Shown here one piece after another: positions 29,885-40,509 of a stretch of 64,000 nt of DNA. A program made the translations under genes and the position numbers. The stretch lies in the IMG/VR virus record IMGVR_UViG_3300001598_001658, positions 81,492-145,491 of that record; one strand, written 5' to 3'. Position 1 is the stretch's first letter; each line of letters begins with the position of its first letter. Below the pieces are notes generated by a model, which had not been told where the DNA came from, ran no database searches, and was given only the letters and a program-made list of their open reading frames with translations. Source of the stretch: a virus (Duplodnaviria; Caudoviricetes).

Positions 29885-30664
29885 ATGTTCGGATTGTGTC
29901 CATTTGAAATATTTGAATTTCAACATGCGGTTACATATTTTGAAGCTTTAGGGAATATACGATATTCAAAATATTCACATTCCTTAAATTGGTTTAAACT
30001 ATATATTAATCTTATTAAAGATAATATTTTCACAAAAAATTGCGAAGAATATAAAAACCTACAATCGTTTAAGAAAATCGAAACTAACGATGAAAGTTTT
30101 AAAAAAGCATGCTATACTTATTTTGATTTTATATGTAATAATGAAATTGATAATGATCAACTATATAAATTTTTTAATATTCCGCTAGATATTTATAATC
30201 AAATGTTTGATGAGGAAGAAAAACATAATATGATTAGAAATCATATCAGATTTGATTCTTTTAAATGTTATAAATGTAAGCATTTTTATGAAAAAATTTC
30301 ATGTGTGGGTAATGATGGGGTTGAAATTTCTTTAGAAGGTGTACGAAGATTATATTCTAAAGATAATAGAATAATTAAAAATATGTTTTATATTTCTAAA
30401 TTTATGTATTGTCGAAAACGAGAAGAACTAGTTAAAGAATTAATGGCTTCGGACACTTATCCTTATAATAGAGAAAAAAGAACAAATGATGCGCTTGAAA
30501 AACATGGTGAATCAAAATATTTTTTATATAAAAAAGATGATAAAGGTGAATACGAACATCATTGGACATTGACACCCTTATCTTATGATAGAACCTGCAA
30601 ACACTATGAAGAAGATAAAGAAATGAATTCAAATAAATTTGTAGAAAAATATTTAGATATTTAA
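29885..30664 (+). CDS. Cys-containing hypothetical protein (possible metal binding)
   Basis: 259 aa; CxxCxH ('CYKCKHF') and 'CKHY'; GAGG RBS; AACA-N6-TA at 29847-29858. Confidence 0.75.
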   Translation: MFGLCPFEIFEFQHAVTYFEALGNIRYSKYSHSLNWFKLYINLIKDNIFTKNCEEYKNLQSFKKIETNDESFKKACYTYFDFICNNEIDNDQLYKFFNIPLDIYNQMFDEEEKHNMIRNHIRFDSFKCYKCKHFYEKISCVGNDGVEISLEGVRRLYSKDNRIIKNMFYISKFMYCRKREELVKELMASDTYPYNREKRTNDALEKHGESKYFLYKKDDKGEYEHHWTLTPLSYDRTCKHYEEDKEMNSNKFVEKYLDI

Positions 30665-30668
30665 ATAA

Positions 30669-30698
30669 AAGAGTACGGGATATTTTCCCGTACTCTTA
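30669..30698. terminator. Bidirectional terminator
   Basis: AAGAGTACGGGA-tattt-TCCCGTACTCTT. Confidence 0.85.
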
Positions 30699-30702
30699 TT
30701 TT

Positions 30703-32970
30703 TTATAATATATTACTTAAGAATTCATCAAATTCATTGCAAAGAGATTCAAAAGATTCCATTTCGGGAGTAGGAACCGTTGTCACAGAAAGTTTTTCAT
30801 TTTCAAGTTCAGTTTCTTTGAGACTCATTTCTTGAGCTAACTGAATCCCTCCAAAATCCGAAAATAATAAACCACCAACAACAGATTCATCTGCTTCTTC
30901 TTCAATTTTTTCTTTTAAATTTTCAAACGCAAGTCTTAAATCTTCTACGGATCTATTGGCGCATTCAATAGGAATCCAAGATTTAAATTCATCAGTATAT
31001 TTGCTTGAATCAAAGAGATCCTGTTTAGGAGCCATTTCGTTAATAGAATTAACTGTATATCCAATAGCAATTTCACCGATACTATTTTTAACATCTTCAA
31101 ATGGCGAATCGAAATAAAATCCGATAGCTTCATTAATTGCGATCCAAAATGAAATCAATGAAGAACTATTTCCATGTGTATTGATTGCTGTAGTTAAAAG
31201 AGAATTTTTTGTACTATAAGTACATTCTCTTTCTTTTAAGACATCATAAATTTTTCTAATATCTGAAATTTTTTCATTAGGATTAATGTAAACATATTCC
31301 TTTTTAGGATTATTATAATCTACACTTTTATTAACCCATTGATCAAAAATTGCATTAGTTTCCCAACTCTCATTTAATACACATTCTGTATTGATTCCAT
31401 AAACAATTGCATTTAAATTACGAATTACTTCATTATCATCATCTTTGACCATAATACTATTTGTTAAATATCGTTTTCCGATAGTAACACTTCTCATACG
31501 ATTAAAGATATTTGTTAACGATACCTTTATTTCATTATATGTACTCTTCATATACTGTTTGTAATCAATATATCTTTTTCCGATTCTATCAATGTTTCCA
31601 TCAGCAAAGTTTAAGCCGCCTGCATCTGCCATTCTTTTCTTAATAATAATGAATTTGGCAAATACATCAATAAAGTCTTTTCCAGTATCATAAATTCTTT
31701 TATTTAATGCATATGTTCCATCTGTTTTAATCATATCAGTATTTAAGAAACAACTATTCTTTACACTACATGTTGACCCGTTAAATGTTGAATCTGTAAA
31801 GCAGCACTGTAAAGCAGCAATTGTTTCTGGACTAAGTAAATAAAGCTGAGTTTTTGCAACATCGGCAATATTAACTAATTTTTTATGATTTAAATTGTTA
31901 AAAGGAATTCTTTTATAATTATAAGTTTCATATTTAAGTGTCAGCAAATAAGTAATCATATTTGCAAGAATACAATATTCATTTCTTTTTGTATAATCCT
32001 TAGTTGCAGCATATGAAATTGAATTAAGAAGTGTGCTGATATCAATCGTCATATGTCTTAATGCCATACCTGTGTTAATATCTTGACCCTGTGAGTCAAA
32101 TCCACCAAGCATAGTTTTACGACAACTGTTTAAGATATCGTTGAAGATTGAATCCATTTCATTATTTGTGAATTCTTTAACCTTAGTCACTGTAGCTAAA
32201 TAAGTAGTTACCAATGAATATGAGATACGTTTTGTAAGTATTTTACTTACTTCATCCGCCCAATCATTTACACATTCTTCTTCTCTACAAACGAGACCAT
32301 GAAAATATGAAGTATTTTCAAATTCACGACTTCCTGTAGCAGATAATTTCATAGATCTACGACAGAATGAAGAAATGATATCAAAAAGAGATGTAATATC
32401 AATAAGAATATCACAATCTGGTTTTTCGAATCCAATTCCAAAACCTGTCATCGGATCTTTCTCTTCTGCATACCAGAATTCATCTCCTTTATCTTTCTCT
32501 TCAATTCTGAATCTTGGAGATACTTTAATCATTGGAACACCAAGATCACCATATCCTTCATTTGTAATTCTTGAAATACATACCGAAGGATGTACGAGGT
32601 ATTTGAATTTTACAGTAGAAATACCCATAGGATCTACACATTCTTTCCATTTATAATTTGTATCTGAATAAAAACAGAAGCAATCATTTTCAACCGCTTT
32701 GATTTCATTCATAAAATCAATATATGAATCTTTGTCGAGCGCAAAAAGAAGTTTGTCGAATGAAAGAGATAAAATAGATCTTATATCATTAATATTTCTA
32801 ATTCTTCTACGTTCATCGCTTTGTGACAATTCAACATATTTTTGATCGATGAGTTTTCCGTATTTAACGAAAATGTATGTCAAACGTTTAATTGCATTTG
32901 GCATAGCATCCAATACGTATTTAACGGAGTCATCTACAATGTTTCTATCATTGCTTGTTACAAAAGACAT
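30703..32970 (-). CDS. Putative virion head protein
   Basis: 755 aa downstream of the MCP gene; C-terminal cluster of SVE, AFE, AQE and SFE motifs. Confidence 0.5.
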   Translation of the reverse strand: MSFVTSNDRNIVDDSVKYVLDAMPNAIKRLTYIFVKYGKLIDQKYVELSQSDERRRIRNINDIRSILSLSFDKLLFALDKDSYIDFMNEIKAVENDCFCFYSDTNYKWKECVDPMGISTVKFKYLVHPSVCISRITNEGYGDLGVPMIKVSPRFRIEEKDKGDEFWYAEEKDPMTGFGIGFEKPDCDILIDITSLFDIISSFCRRSMKLSATGSREFENTSYFHGLVCREEECVNDWADEVSKILTKRISYSLVTTYLATVTKVKEFTNNEMDSIFNDILNSCRKTMLGGFDSQGQDINTGMALRHMTIDISTLLNSISYAATKDYTKRNEYCILANMITYLLTLKYETYNYKRIPFNNLNHKKLVNIADVAKTQLYLLSPETIAALQCCFTDSTFNGSTCSVKNSCFLNTDMIKTDGTYALNKRIYDTGKDFIDVFAKFIIIKKRMADAGGLNFADGNIDRIGKRYIDYKQYMKSTYNEIKVSLTNIFNRMRSVTIGKRYLTNSIMVKDDDNEVIRNLNAIVYGINTECVLNESWETNAIFDQWVNKSVDYNNPKKEYVYINPNEKISDIRKIYDVLKERECTYSTKNSLLTTAINTHGNSSSLISFWIAINEAIGFYFDSPFEDVKNSIGEIAIGYTVNSINEMAPKQDLFDSSKYTDEFKSWIPIECANRSVEDLRLAFENLKEKIEEEADESVVGGLLFSDFGGIQLAQEMSLKETELENEKLSVTTVPTPEMESFESLCNEFDEFLSNIL

Positions 32971-32990
32971 TTTAGTTCCTCTTAAAAAAA

Positions 32991-33018
32991 CAAGGACTGG
33001 GCGTTAACCCAGCCCTTG
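32991..33018 (-). terminator. Terminator after the major capsid gene
   Basis: CAAGGGCTGGG-ttaacg-CCCAGTCCTTG plus T-tract on the minus strand, preceded by a second 3'UTR hairpin. Confidence 0.8.
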
Positions 33019-33084
33019 CTGTTATATGTTATAATCGTGCATAGTTATTCACTACACCGATAACCAACATCAAGATCACATTAA

Positions 33085-35049
33085 TTATTCACCTGAGCCA
33101 GCTTCAGTAGCTGTTGGTTTAATGTAATTTGGGATGTTTTCTCTTGCGAATGCATCAGCCTGGCCAATTTCGCGAGTACCACTTTCAGCACCGATACCTT
33201 CTTTACCAGCAGCGAATGCAGCAGCATTTGCCCAAAGGTTAAGATCATTTCCTTCAAGAGTAATACGAGCCTGTACCATAGTAGAAATACGTTTTGCATC
33301 ACGTGAAGCAAAGAGCATTGCTGGACGATTGCGCATATCAGGAGAGATACTTGAGAATACACGGAACATGTATGGGAAGTAAATTGTTGTTGGAGCTGCG
33401 ATTGTAAGTGACTTCTGAACTGCCCAGATTGGACGGCCGAGCCAACGTTCATCTTTAGAACCAATAACACGTGTCTTACGACCGAAGTTATCCATATATC
33501 CATAAGCATCATCCATTGAGAATCCATAACGGAAGTTGTCAGATCCTTCGCCGCCTGTGATTTCAGCAGGTGTAGATGTCCAAGAAACATCTGGAAGAAT
33601 ATCAACATCTTCATCGTTAGCCATAATAATCCACTGACGCTGGAGATTTTTGTCGAAGTTACAGTATTTTTCAGAACGTGTAAAGATACGATTGAGATAC
33701 TGTTTGAATGCCATACGCTGTGGTCCGAGAATATCATCAGATCCACCTGGGTGACGAGGAATGATTGGATAAGAAGCAGAATATTTGTAGCCACCGAGTT
33801 TGAATGCGAGTTCAAATTCGTCAGCACCATACTGGTATTCATCTTCAATGAAGTTTTCAAGATCATTGTCACGAATTCCGGCATATGTTTCTGTCATCTG
33901 ATCAGTCATGAATGCCATCCAAGAAACGTTTTCACCGCCTGCATTGTAGTCAGCCATCATTTCAGGAATTACTGGGATAGAACCATAAATTTTGTTTTCA
34001 ACGTCAAATGACATTGTATAGTTATCCTGACCGTTCATGTATGTTTCCATTTCATTTGCAACGTTTGTTACACGTACATTGAAATGAACTGCTTCAACTT
34101 TGTCTGTACCATCTGTAAGAACCTGGTAGTTACCAGTATCGAGATCGATAAGTGCAGAAACGCGTGCGATCATTACATCTGAAGTTCCATATGGAACCTT
34201 GATAACGTGATCGAACATTCTTTCAGAAGTTTTACCTGTCTTGAGATCACGTTCGATACGTGTATGTACAACTTTCTTAGTTCCGTTTGGGAGCTTAACC
34301 TGTACATAATCGATAGAACACTGGCGTTCAAGAGCATGTTTTCTCTTATCTACTGGTGTACCATCTGCAAATGCAGACTGATCCATGAGGTTACCAGTTG
34401 TACCAACTTTAACCATATGTATTTCTTTTGAATCTGCAGTTGTTGCTTTGATAATATTTTTATTATCAGCATTCTTGTCAACTGGTACTGGATCGCAGAG
34501 AGGTAAATCAAGCATACCTGCTACTGCACCATTACGAATTGCTTTAGGGAATGTTAAACGTTCGCCGCCGAGACCCTTCTGTGTGTAAGTAACTGTGTAC
34601 TGACGCCAGAATGTTGGTTTGTCGTCGTGAATAATCTGAAATAATTCCAATGCACGTGAACGTGCAAGATATCCGGCTGTTAATACTGGAGACAAACGTG
34701 TCCATGTATTATAGTTACCTGTAATTGCTGTTGCGCCATAACCTTCAACACCGATCTGATTTCCATCAACATCTGTATACTGTGAGAAAGGATTTGAGTG
34801 TTCCTGGAATGAGTGTTTTACACAGCTCTTAAATGCATCCTGTAATGATTCACTTCCTTTGAACTGAGAAGCGAGTCCTGCAACGAGAGAATTCTTTAAT
34901 TCTTCATTCTGAAGAACTGATTCGAATCCCATCGATGAGAATGGACTCTGGATGTTTTTAGCACGAGCTGCAGTTTCGAAACTACGTAAAACATTCTGGA
35001 AAGGCTGAAAGCGCAAAGTCTGATCTTTATGTGTCATCTGACTTGCCAT
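33085..35049 (-). CDS. Major capsid protein
   Basis: About 654 aa with the strongest high-expression codon bias in the window; N-terminal propeptide with SFE/GFE/GSE/GVE sites; lies in the head module near the protease; GGAGG RBS at ATG 35049. Confidence 0.75.
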   Translation of the reverse strand: MASQMTHKDQTLRFQPFQNVLRSFETAARAKNIQSPFSSMGFESVLQNEELKNSLVAGLASQFKGSESLQDAFKSCVKHSFQEHSNPFSQYTDVDGNQIGVEGYGATAITGNYNTWTRLSPVLTAGYLARSRALELFQIIHDDKPTFWRQYTVTYTQKGLGGERLTFPKAIRNGAVAGMLDLPLCDPVPVDKNADNKNIIKATTADSKEIHMVKVGTTGNLMDQSAFADGTPVDKRKHALERQCSIDYVQVKLPNGTKKVVHTRIERDLKTGKTSERMFDHVIKVPYGTSDVMIARVSALIDLDTGNYQVLTDGTDKVEAVHFNVRVTNVANEMETYMNGQDNYTMSFDVENKIYGSIPVIPEMMADYNAGGENVSWMAFMTDQMTETYAGIRDNDLENFIEDEYQYGADEFELAFKLGGYKYSASYPIIPRHPGGSDDILGPQRMAFKQYLNRIFTRSEKYCNFDKNLQRQWIIMANDEDVDILPDVSWTSTPAEITGGEGSDNFRYGFSMDDAYGYMDNFGRKTRVIGSKDERWLGRPIWAVQKSLTIAAPTTIYFPYMFRVFSSISPDMRNRPAMLFASRDAKRISTMVQARITLEGNDLNLWANAAAFAAGKEGIGAESGTREIGQADAFARENIPNYIKPTATEAGSGE

Positions 35050-35102
35050 TTTTATGTCCTCCATGGAGATTTTTGTAAGAGTTTTTTAAAACGCGTCTTG
35101 AA

Positions 35103-36497
35103 TCATTTGGTATTTTGAGCACTCTTTGACAACTCAAAATATTTTTCCAATTCTGATATTAAATCCTCAAATTGAGTCATGTACAGCGAATAACGAATCA
35201 ACGAATCGTGAATTGGAACCGTATATGAATTTTTCAAAGCATCGCCAACAAAAGAATCAAGTTCAATCAACTTTTTGACCACGACGTTAGATTTAAATTG
35301 ATCCAATCTAAGTAATACTTTGTCAATCTGACTTTTAAGCTCATTAAATTCAATAGAAACTTTTTCTTTACTGTTGATTTCGGCAAATGGATTTTGACCA
35401 GCGATCTTTGGTTTTGAAGATGATCCAGATGAATCAGAACTAGATGAATCATCGTTAGAATCATCACCGTCATCCATTCCATCTTCTCCATCTCCACCAA
35501 AATCATCGCCACCCATATCATCTTCACCTTCTTCGTCACCAGATTCGGCTTCGAATTCATCTTCAGTAGCGTCTGTTTCTTCTCCTTCTTGGTTTTCTTC
35601 TTCACTATTTTCGTCTTCGGAGTTTTCACTCATTCCATCGGCAATAGCTTCTGTAGACCTAAAAGGATTTATACTTATTTGTTCTTCTATATTATATGTA
35701 TTTTCGTTATTTTCTAAACTCTTTTTGAAGTCTTCATCAAAGAGATTTGAGAATATATAGTCCTCTTTACCTCGTTTATAATTAGAATAATCAATGAGTT
35801 TTTCATATTTAACGAAAATAGAATAACCTGTACCATAATTTTCATCACCTGCAGATTCTGCAACATAAATTTTAATATCTTTTTCTGTTCCAGATTCTTT
35901 AAGTTTTATTCTTTCTATTACAGCTTCTGCTAATTTTTTAAATGCTCTTTCGATAGTACGTTTAGCAGATGAATATTCAACATCGATTTTTTCATCAATA
36001 ACTTTATCTTCTGTAATATTAAAACGAACTCTAAGTTTTTTATCTACATAACATGTGATTGCTTCAATTTCAAATTCTTTTGCAGATGTATTAAAAAGTT
36101 CTTTATTTCTTGAAATTGTTAAATTTACAAGATGTTCAATATCTTTTTTATTCATTACATCAACATAACCAAAAAGTGGAGTGTATGGACCACCAATATT
36201 ATTTTTCAATTCTTCAGAAGCAACTTCAGCAATCTGTTTAATTAATTGAATTATTTCTGGTTTTTGTTTATCCTCAAATCTAAATAAAGGAAGAGGAACT
36301 GTTCCAATAATATCTCTTTCGGCTTTTCTCTGTTCAAAAATATCTTTTTCAATAGAATTATCCGAATCGAGATTATCAACTTTAATTGTTTCTTCAGATG
36401 GATTTGAAGAAACCGAAATTGTTTTATCCATAACTACTTTTTTTTCTTCAGTACCGTGACTAAATTCGCCACTTACAAATCTATCTAAGAAATTCAT
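35103..36497 (-). CDS. Head/scaffold-associated protein with an acidic linker
   Basis: 464 aa just upstream of MCP; GTE/GKE/SLE/STE motifs and a D/E/G-rich stretch; AACA-N6-TA at 36519-36530. Confidence 0.55.
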   Translation of the reverse strand: MNFLDRFVSGEFSHGTEEKKVVMDKTISVSSNPSEETIKVDNLDSDNSIEKDIFEQRKAERDIIGTVPLPLFRFEDKQKPEIIQLIKQIAEVASEELKNNIGGPYTPLFGYVDVMNKKDIEHLVNLTISRNKELFNTSAKEFEIEAITCYVDKKLRVRFNITEDKVIDEKIDVEYSSAKRTIERAFKKLAEAVIERIKLKESGTEKDIKIYVAESAGDENYGTGYSIFVKYEKLIDYSNYKRGKEDYIFSNLFDEDFKKSLENNENTYNIEEQISINPFRSTEAIADGMSENSEDENSEEENQEGEETDATEDEFEAESGDEEGEDDMGGDDFGGDGEDGMDDGDDSNDDSSSSDSSGSSSKPKIAGQNPFAEINSKEKVSIEFNELKSQIDKVLLRLDQFKSNVVVKKLIELDSFVGDALKNSYTVPIHDSLIRYSLYMTQFEDLISELEKYFELSKSAQNTK

Positions 36498-36559
36498 AGT
36501 TGTTCTCCATATATAATATAATAAAATGTTAAAAATATTAATCTATATTTTATAGAAAA

Positions 36560-36594
36560 AATTAAAAGGTAGGTGATAAACCTACCTTTTAATT
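36560..36594. terminator. Terminator
   Basis: AATTAAAAGGTAGG-tgataaa-CCTACCTTTTAATT. Confidence 0.8.
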
Positions 36595-36595
36595 A

Positions 36596-38692
36596 TTATT
36601 TGTCTAAGAAATTAAATAATCTGTTGCTTCTGATATTAGGTAAAATATTTTCTTCTTCCTTTCTTGTTTGACCTAATTTATCTTCTTCATTTACAGATGT
36701 ATTATCAAATACGAGTGCACAAAGATAACGTGCAATAAGACACTTAATAAATACGTTAAAATAGATATCGAATCTATCTTCTGTTTTTTCACATTTAAAA
36801 ATATCAGAAATATTATTTGAAAGTACTTTTGCAAGTTTTGAATTGTGTATCATATTATAATTCATTTCATCAGATTTCATATTTACAAGTTCGTCCATAG
36901 CTTTCTGTTGATAATCTGTTTCAAGTACATAATTGATATACTTATGATTATAACTTTCGCTATTTTCCATAGCAGATAAGAAGAACTGAATGAAAGAAAT
37001 TTTACATTCATTTAAAAGCTTAACGTTTTCATCATATTCTTCATAATTCATTTCTGTGATTGTTTTAAGTGAACCTGCATAATTGATCGGATATGTATTA
37101 AAATTTCTAATAGAGTCTTTTGCAGCAGATAAATCAGATTCGTTTGAATTTACGGCTTCGACAGGATAAGAATTTTCAATAGTGTTCAAAATCCAATATG
37201 GTTCATCATCATTTTCTTTTGAATTAATTTCTGTTTTATACACATATTCATTATAGTTATAAATGCTATATTTTACATATGCTTCAGCTTTAATATCTTT
37301 AGCTACTTTACGAATGTCTGGACAATAGATCCCTGTTCCAAGATTATAAGCATATCCTGAAATAAACCATTCTTTATAAAGTTGTACCATAATAGCTTCC
37401 GCCTGATATAATCCGAGAGCAGCCTGTTCTTTAGCTGCACCAGATTTACTATTCTTGAGTTTTCTAAATGCTGCAGCATAAACTGTAATCATAAAGAAAT
37501 ACTTTGGAGAAATAGTATGAGGCAACGCATAAGCAATATCATCAATAAAGTGATTATATAATACATCAATATCTGTAGCAGAAACTCCAGAATCATCAAG
37601 ATAACATTCGAGTTTAGCATCTCCAACTTCTGGACATTCAAGATATTTTACAAGATATGCAGCCTGTGTACACATATCAGCGCAATCGTGATCTACAAGA
37701 TATGAATCAAATACAGTAGGTTGTTTAATAACTGATACTTCTGATAAAATAGAGAGCATTGTTTTTGTACTCTTTCTTTCAAGACCAGATTGTGTAAGAT
37801 ATGAGATATCGAGTTCAGATTCAATTTCAGTAAGATCCATTTTAGAAATCTTTTCGCCGATTAATACAAAAGGTGCAATAAATTTATCTGTAAATGAAAT
37901 CCCAAGATGCGATTCGAAGAATTTTGTTACAAGATAATATGTATAAAGTAATGAGATAAGTTTATATTTATTTTCTCCATTTAAAATTTCAGATGAAATA
38001 ATTCTATCACCAAATACATCAATAGTATGTGTATTACCATCAGAATATAAAGCTTCGAGGGAAATTCCAAATTTTTCAGATAAATTAATAAATACACCAG
38101 TAAGGTATGCTGTCAATGACAAATATGTAAGACTTAAAACTTCGCCAAATTCAAAATATGGTTTTTCGCATTTGATAGATTTTTCATACATATAACTTAC
38201 ATCATCAACAAGTCTGCTGATCTGAAGATGATTTTTTTCATCTGTAGATTTTGCATATGAACCCGAAACAAATTCTTTAATTCCGATAGCAGCCATATAC
38301 TGATCGAAGAATCTGTTAAATGCAATTCCAAGTTTATTGCATGTAATCATTTCTGGTGATTTGAAAATTGGATTTCCTTCATCATTAATTCTTACAATAG
38401 ATGCTGCAATTTCTGATAAAGCGGCTGAACCGTATGAATAGAAAAGTTTTCCGAATTCATTTACATTCAAAAGTGATTCTTTTGAAATAATAGATTCAGC
38501 ATATTCATGATCAAGAATTGGTGCTTCTGAAGGTACAACATCAAATACTTCAGCATCATATTCATTGTGTGCAACAACACGACCCATAGTTGGCTTAAAG
38601 TGATATCTTGGGTCACCAACTAATGAGTTAAAAATAATTTTGACATTATCAAATGGAAGTCCAAATTGATAACTAGGTCTAATACCACTCAT
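36596..38692 (-). CDS. Hypothetical (probably virion) protein
   Basis: 698 aa; TAGGAG RBS; AACA-N6-TA at 38729-38740; GLE and AME motifs. Confidence 0.6.
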   Translation of the reverse strand: MSGIRPSYQFGLPFDNVKIIFNSLVGDPRYHFKPTMGRVVAHNEYDAEVFDVVPSEAPILDHEYAESIISKESLLNVNEFGKLFYSYGSAALSEIAASIVRINDEGNPIFKSPEMITCNKLGIAFNRFFDQYMAAIGIKEFVSGSYAKSTDEKNHLQISRLVDDVSYMYEKSIKCEKPYFEFGEVLSLTYLSLTAYLTGVFINLSEKFGISLEALYSDGNTHTIDVFGDRIISSEILNGENKYKLISLLYTYYLVTKFFESHLGISFTDKFIAPFVLIGEKISKMDLTEIESELDISYLTQSGLERKSTKTMLSILSEVSVIKQPTVFDSYLVDHDCADMCTQAAYLVKYLECPEVGDAKLECYLDDSGVSATDIDVLYNHFIDDIAYALPHTISPKYFFMITVYAAAFRKLKNSKSGAAKEQAALGLYQAEAIMVQLYKEWFISGYAYNLGTGIYCPDIRKVAKDIKAEAYVKYSIYNYNEYVYKTEINSKENDDEPYWILNTIENSYPVEAVNSNESDLSAAKDSIRNFNTYPINYAGSLKTITEMNYEEYDENVKLLNECKISFIQFFLSAMENSESYNHKYINYVLETDYQQKAMDELVNMKSDEMNYNMIHNSKLAKVLSNNISDIFKCEKTEDRFDIYFNVFIKCLIARYLCALVFDNTSVNEEDKLGQTRKEEENILPNIRSNRLFNFLDK

Positions 38693-38728
38693 ATTTTATA
38701 TCTCCTATTAATTAATTTTAATACTACA

Positions 38729-38759
38729 TATTTAATTGTTTTTTCAAAACAATTCTATA
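38729..38759. promoter_or_regulatory. Back-to-back late promoters
   Basis: AACAATTAAATA (minus, 38729-38740) and AACAATTCTATA (plus, 38748-38759). Confidence 0.65.
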
Positions 38760-38795
38760 TATATTAATATTTTAAGTAATTTAGGAGATTATAAA

Positions 38796-39698
38796 ATGGA
38801 AACAATAATCAGCTCTAAAAAACAAAGCTTGATCGATTTTAATAAACCATTTTTATGCTCTGTTGAAGGATATGAACCTAAACCAATTACTCAAATCATG
38901 GACGTTGTAGATGAAAAGAAACGCATTGTAAATACTCGTCTTGCTGAATGTAATGGTATTTCCCGCAACAGATCTTTTTATGGTTTGGAAGAAGTTCTTC
39001 AATCTTTGAATAATTCAAAATATGTTCAAGAATCAATTGCTCAAGGCTTGTGGTTAGGCGAACTTGAACATCCAGATAGAAATTGCGATCTTTCTCGTTT
39101 TATGAAAATTGATAATAATCGTGTTTCTCATAAAATTTACAAATACTGGTCTGAGGGCGATTTCTTAATGGGTCGTGTTCAGTTCATTCCTCCAATGGGA
39201 GATATCGTATGGCGTTGGATTACTGAAGCCGATATGAATATGGCATTCTCTCTTCGTATTTATACACCAAACTATATTAAGAAAAAGGATGGTAATGGTG
39301 TTGAATATGTAGAAAAGAAATTTCCTATGTTCCCAGTTACATTCGATGCTGTTAAAACACCTGGATATGAAAATGTACGCCTTGTTGATCCTAAACGCTT
39401 TGCTGCACAGAATCAATTCTACGTTTCAAATGGTCGTGCAGAAAATGGTACAGAAAACTATATCATCGACTGGTTTGATCCTAAATCATCAGAACACTTA
39501 AAAGATCTTTTAAATTCAACTTCACAGGAAGATTTAAATATCGTTGGCGATCTTTTTGATATGGATATGCAGAAAGCACGTGCAGTTCTTGATCCAGATT
39601 CATTAAAAATAAAATTTTCTCAGGAAGATGGACGTGAAGTTTCTATGAACTTAAATGCGTTCATGTTCAACAACATCATGAATAAAACAATGAGATAA
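38796..39698 (+). CDS. Prohead protease (T4 gp21-like)
   Basis: 'SRNRSFY', 'GELEHP', 'RVSHKI', 'FSLR', 'TFDAVKTPG' motifs; TAGGAG RBS at ATG 38796. Confidence 0.9.
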   Translation: METIISSKKQSLIDFNKPFLCSVEGYEPKPITQIMDVVDEKKRIVNTRLAECNGISRNRSFYGLEEVLQSLNNSKYVQESIAQGLWLGELEHPDRNCDLSRFMKIDNNRVSHKIYKYWSEGDFLMGRVQFIPPMGDIVWRWITEADMNMAFSLRIYTPNYIKKKDGNGVEYVEKKFPMFPVTFDAVKTPGYENVRLVDPKRFAAQNQFYVSNGRAENGTENYIIDWFDPKSSEHLKDLLNSTSQEDLNIVGDLFDMDMQKARAVLDPDSLKIKFSQEDGREVSMNLNAFMFNNIMNKTMR

Positions 39699-39702
39699 AA
39701 TT

Positions 39703-40464
39703 ATGGAGAGCGCTATGGTTACGATGAATTTATTATTATTTCATCTAAAAGATGAATTGGGTGAGCCAATTTATAATACACAGAAACCAAGCTTCTACGA
39801 AGATATCTTAAATAAAAAAACTTTATTATTCTGGAGTACATATTTTCCAAAGATTGTAAAAGGAATTGAAATCAAACAAGAAGATGCTATTCCTTTAAAG
39901 AATCCTCAAACTGGAACTATGTGTACTTCTGGAATGTATAAAGTACCTAAATTTAATCCTAATGACGAATATATAAATTTTGAACAGGTTTTTTATCCTG
40001 GAAATTTAAATATGAATCAAGCTAGTAGTAATCTACCAGCTTTAAATGGTTTGTTAGGTCAAGTATCCGATTATCTACCAAATTCACAATATTATGGAGT
40101 TGATAGATACAGTTTTTCTTTTATGGCTCCTGATATTTTAACAATCGATCCTATACCGATGAAACATTTAAATTTCACAGTAAATATGCAAAGACTTGTT
40201 AGATTAACAGAAGTTCCTACATATTATTTCGAACCTTTTAAAAATCTCTTTTTAGCTGATTGTAAAATTTCTTTATATAATAAATATAAACACATCTCTG
40301 AAGGTGGTACTACTACTTATCAGGGTGTTGAAATTACAACAGAACTTCTTTCTAGTCTTAAAGAAGGAAAAGACGAACGAAAGGAATCGATAGAATTATT
40401 TGAAAAGAATTACTGGAAAGATGCTAGTAGATTTGGTTCATTTCTTAATTATGATGCACCTTAA
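39703..40464 (+). CDS. Putative neck/head-completion structural protein
   Basis: 253 aa coupled to the protease gene (start may be 39715); C-terminal helical pattern resembles gp13-like neck proteins. Confidence 0.45.
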   Translation: MESAMVTMNLLLFHLKDELGEPIYNTQKPSFYEDILNKKTLLFWSTYFPKIVKGIEIKQEDAIPLKNPQTGTMCTSGMYKVPKFNPNDEYINFEQVFYPGNLNMNQASSNLPALNGLLGQVSDYLPNSQYYGVDRYSFSFMAPDILTIDPIPMKHLNFTVNMQRLVRLTEVPTYYFEPFKNLFLADCKISLYNKYKHISEGGTTTYQGVEITTELLSSLKEGKDERKESIELFEKNYWKDASRFGSFLNYDAP

Positions 40465-40477
40465 AAATAAAAAAAAG

Positions 40478-40505
40478 AAACTCCGGAGATATTCTCCGGA
40501 GTTTC
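40478..40505. terminator. Bidirectional terminator ending the neck gene (+) and the RNA operon (-)
   Basis: GAAACTCCGGAGA-tat-TCTCCGGAGTTTC, with a long T-tract on the minus strand. Confidence 0.85.
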
Positions 40506-40509
40506 AAAT

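Noticed and set aside
33020-33082. Separate ncRNA after the major capsid gene
   Set aside because: A single hairpin between the stop codon and terminator is more simply a 3'UTR stabilising structure.
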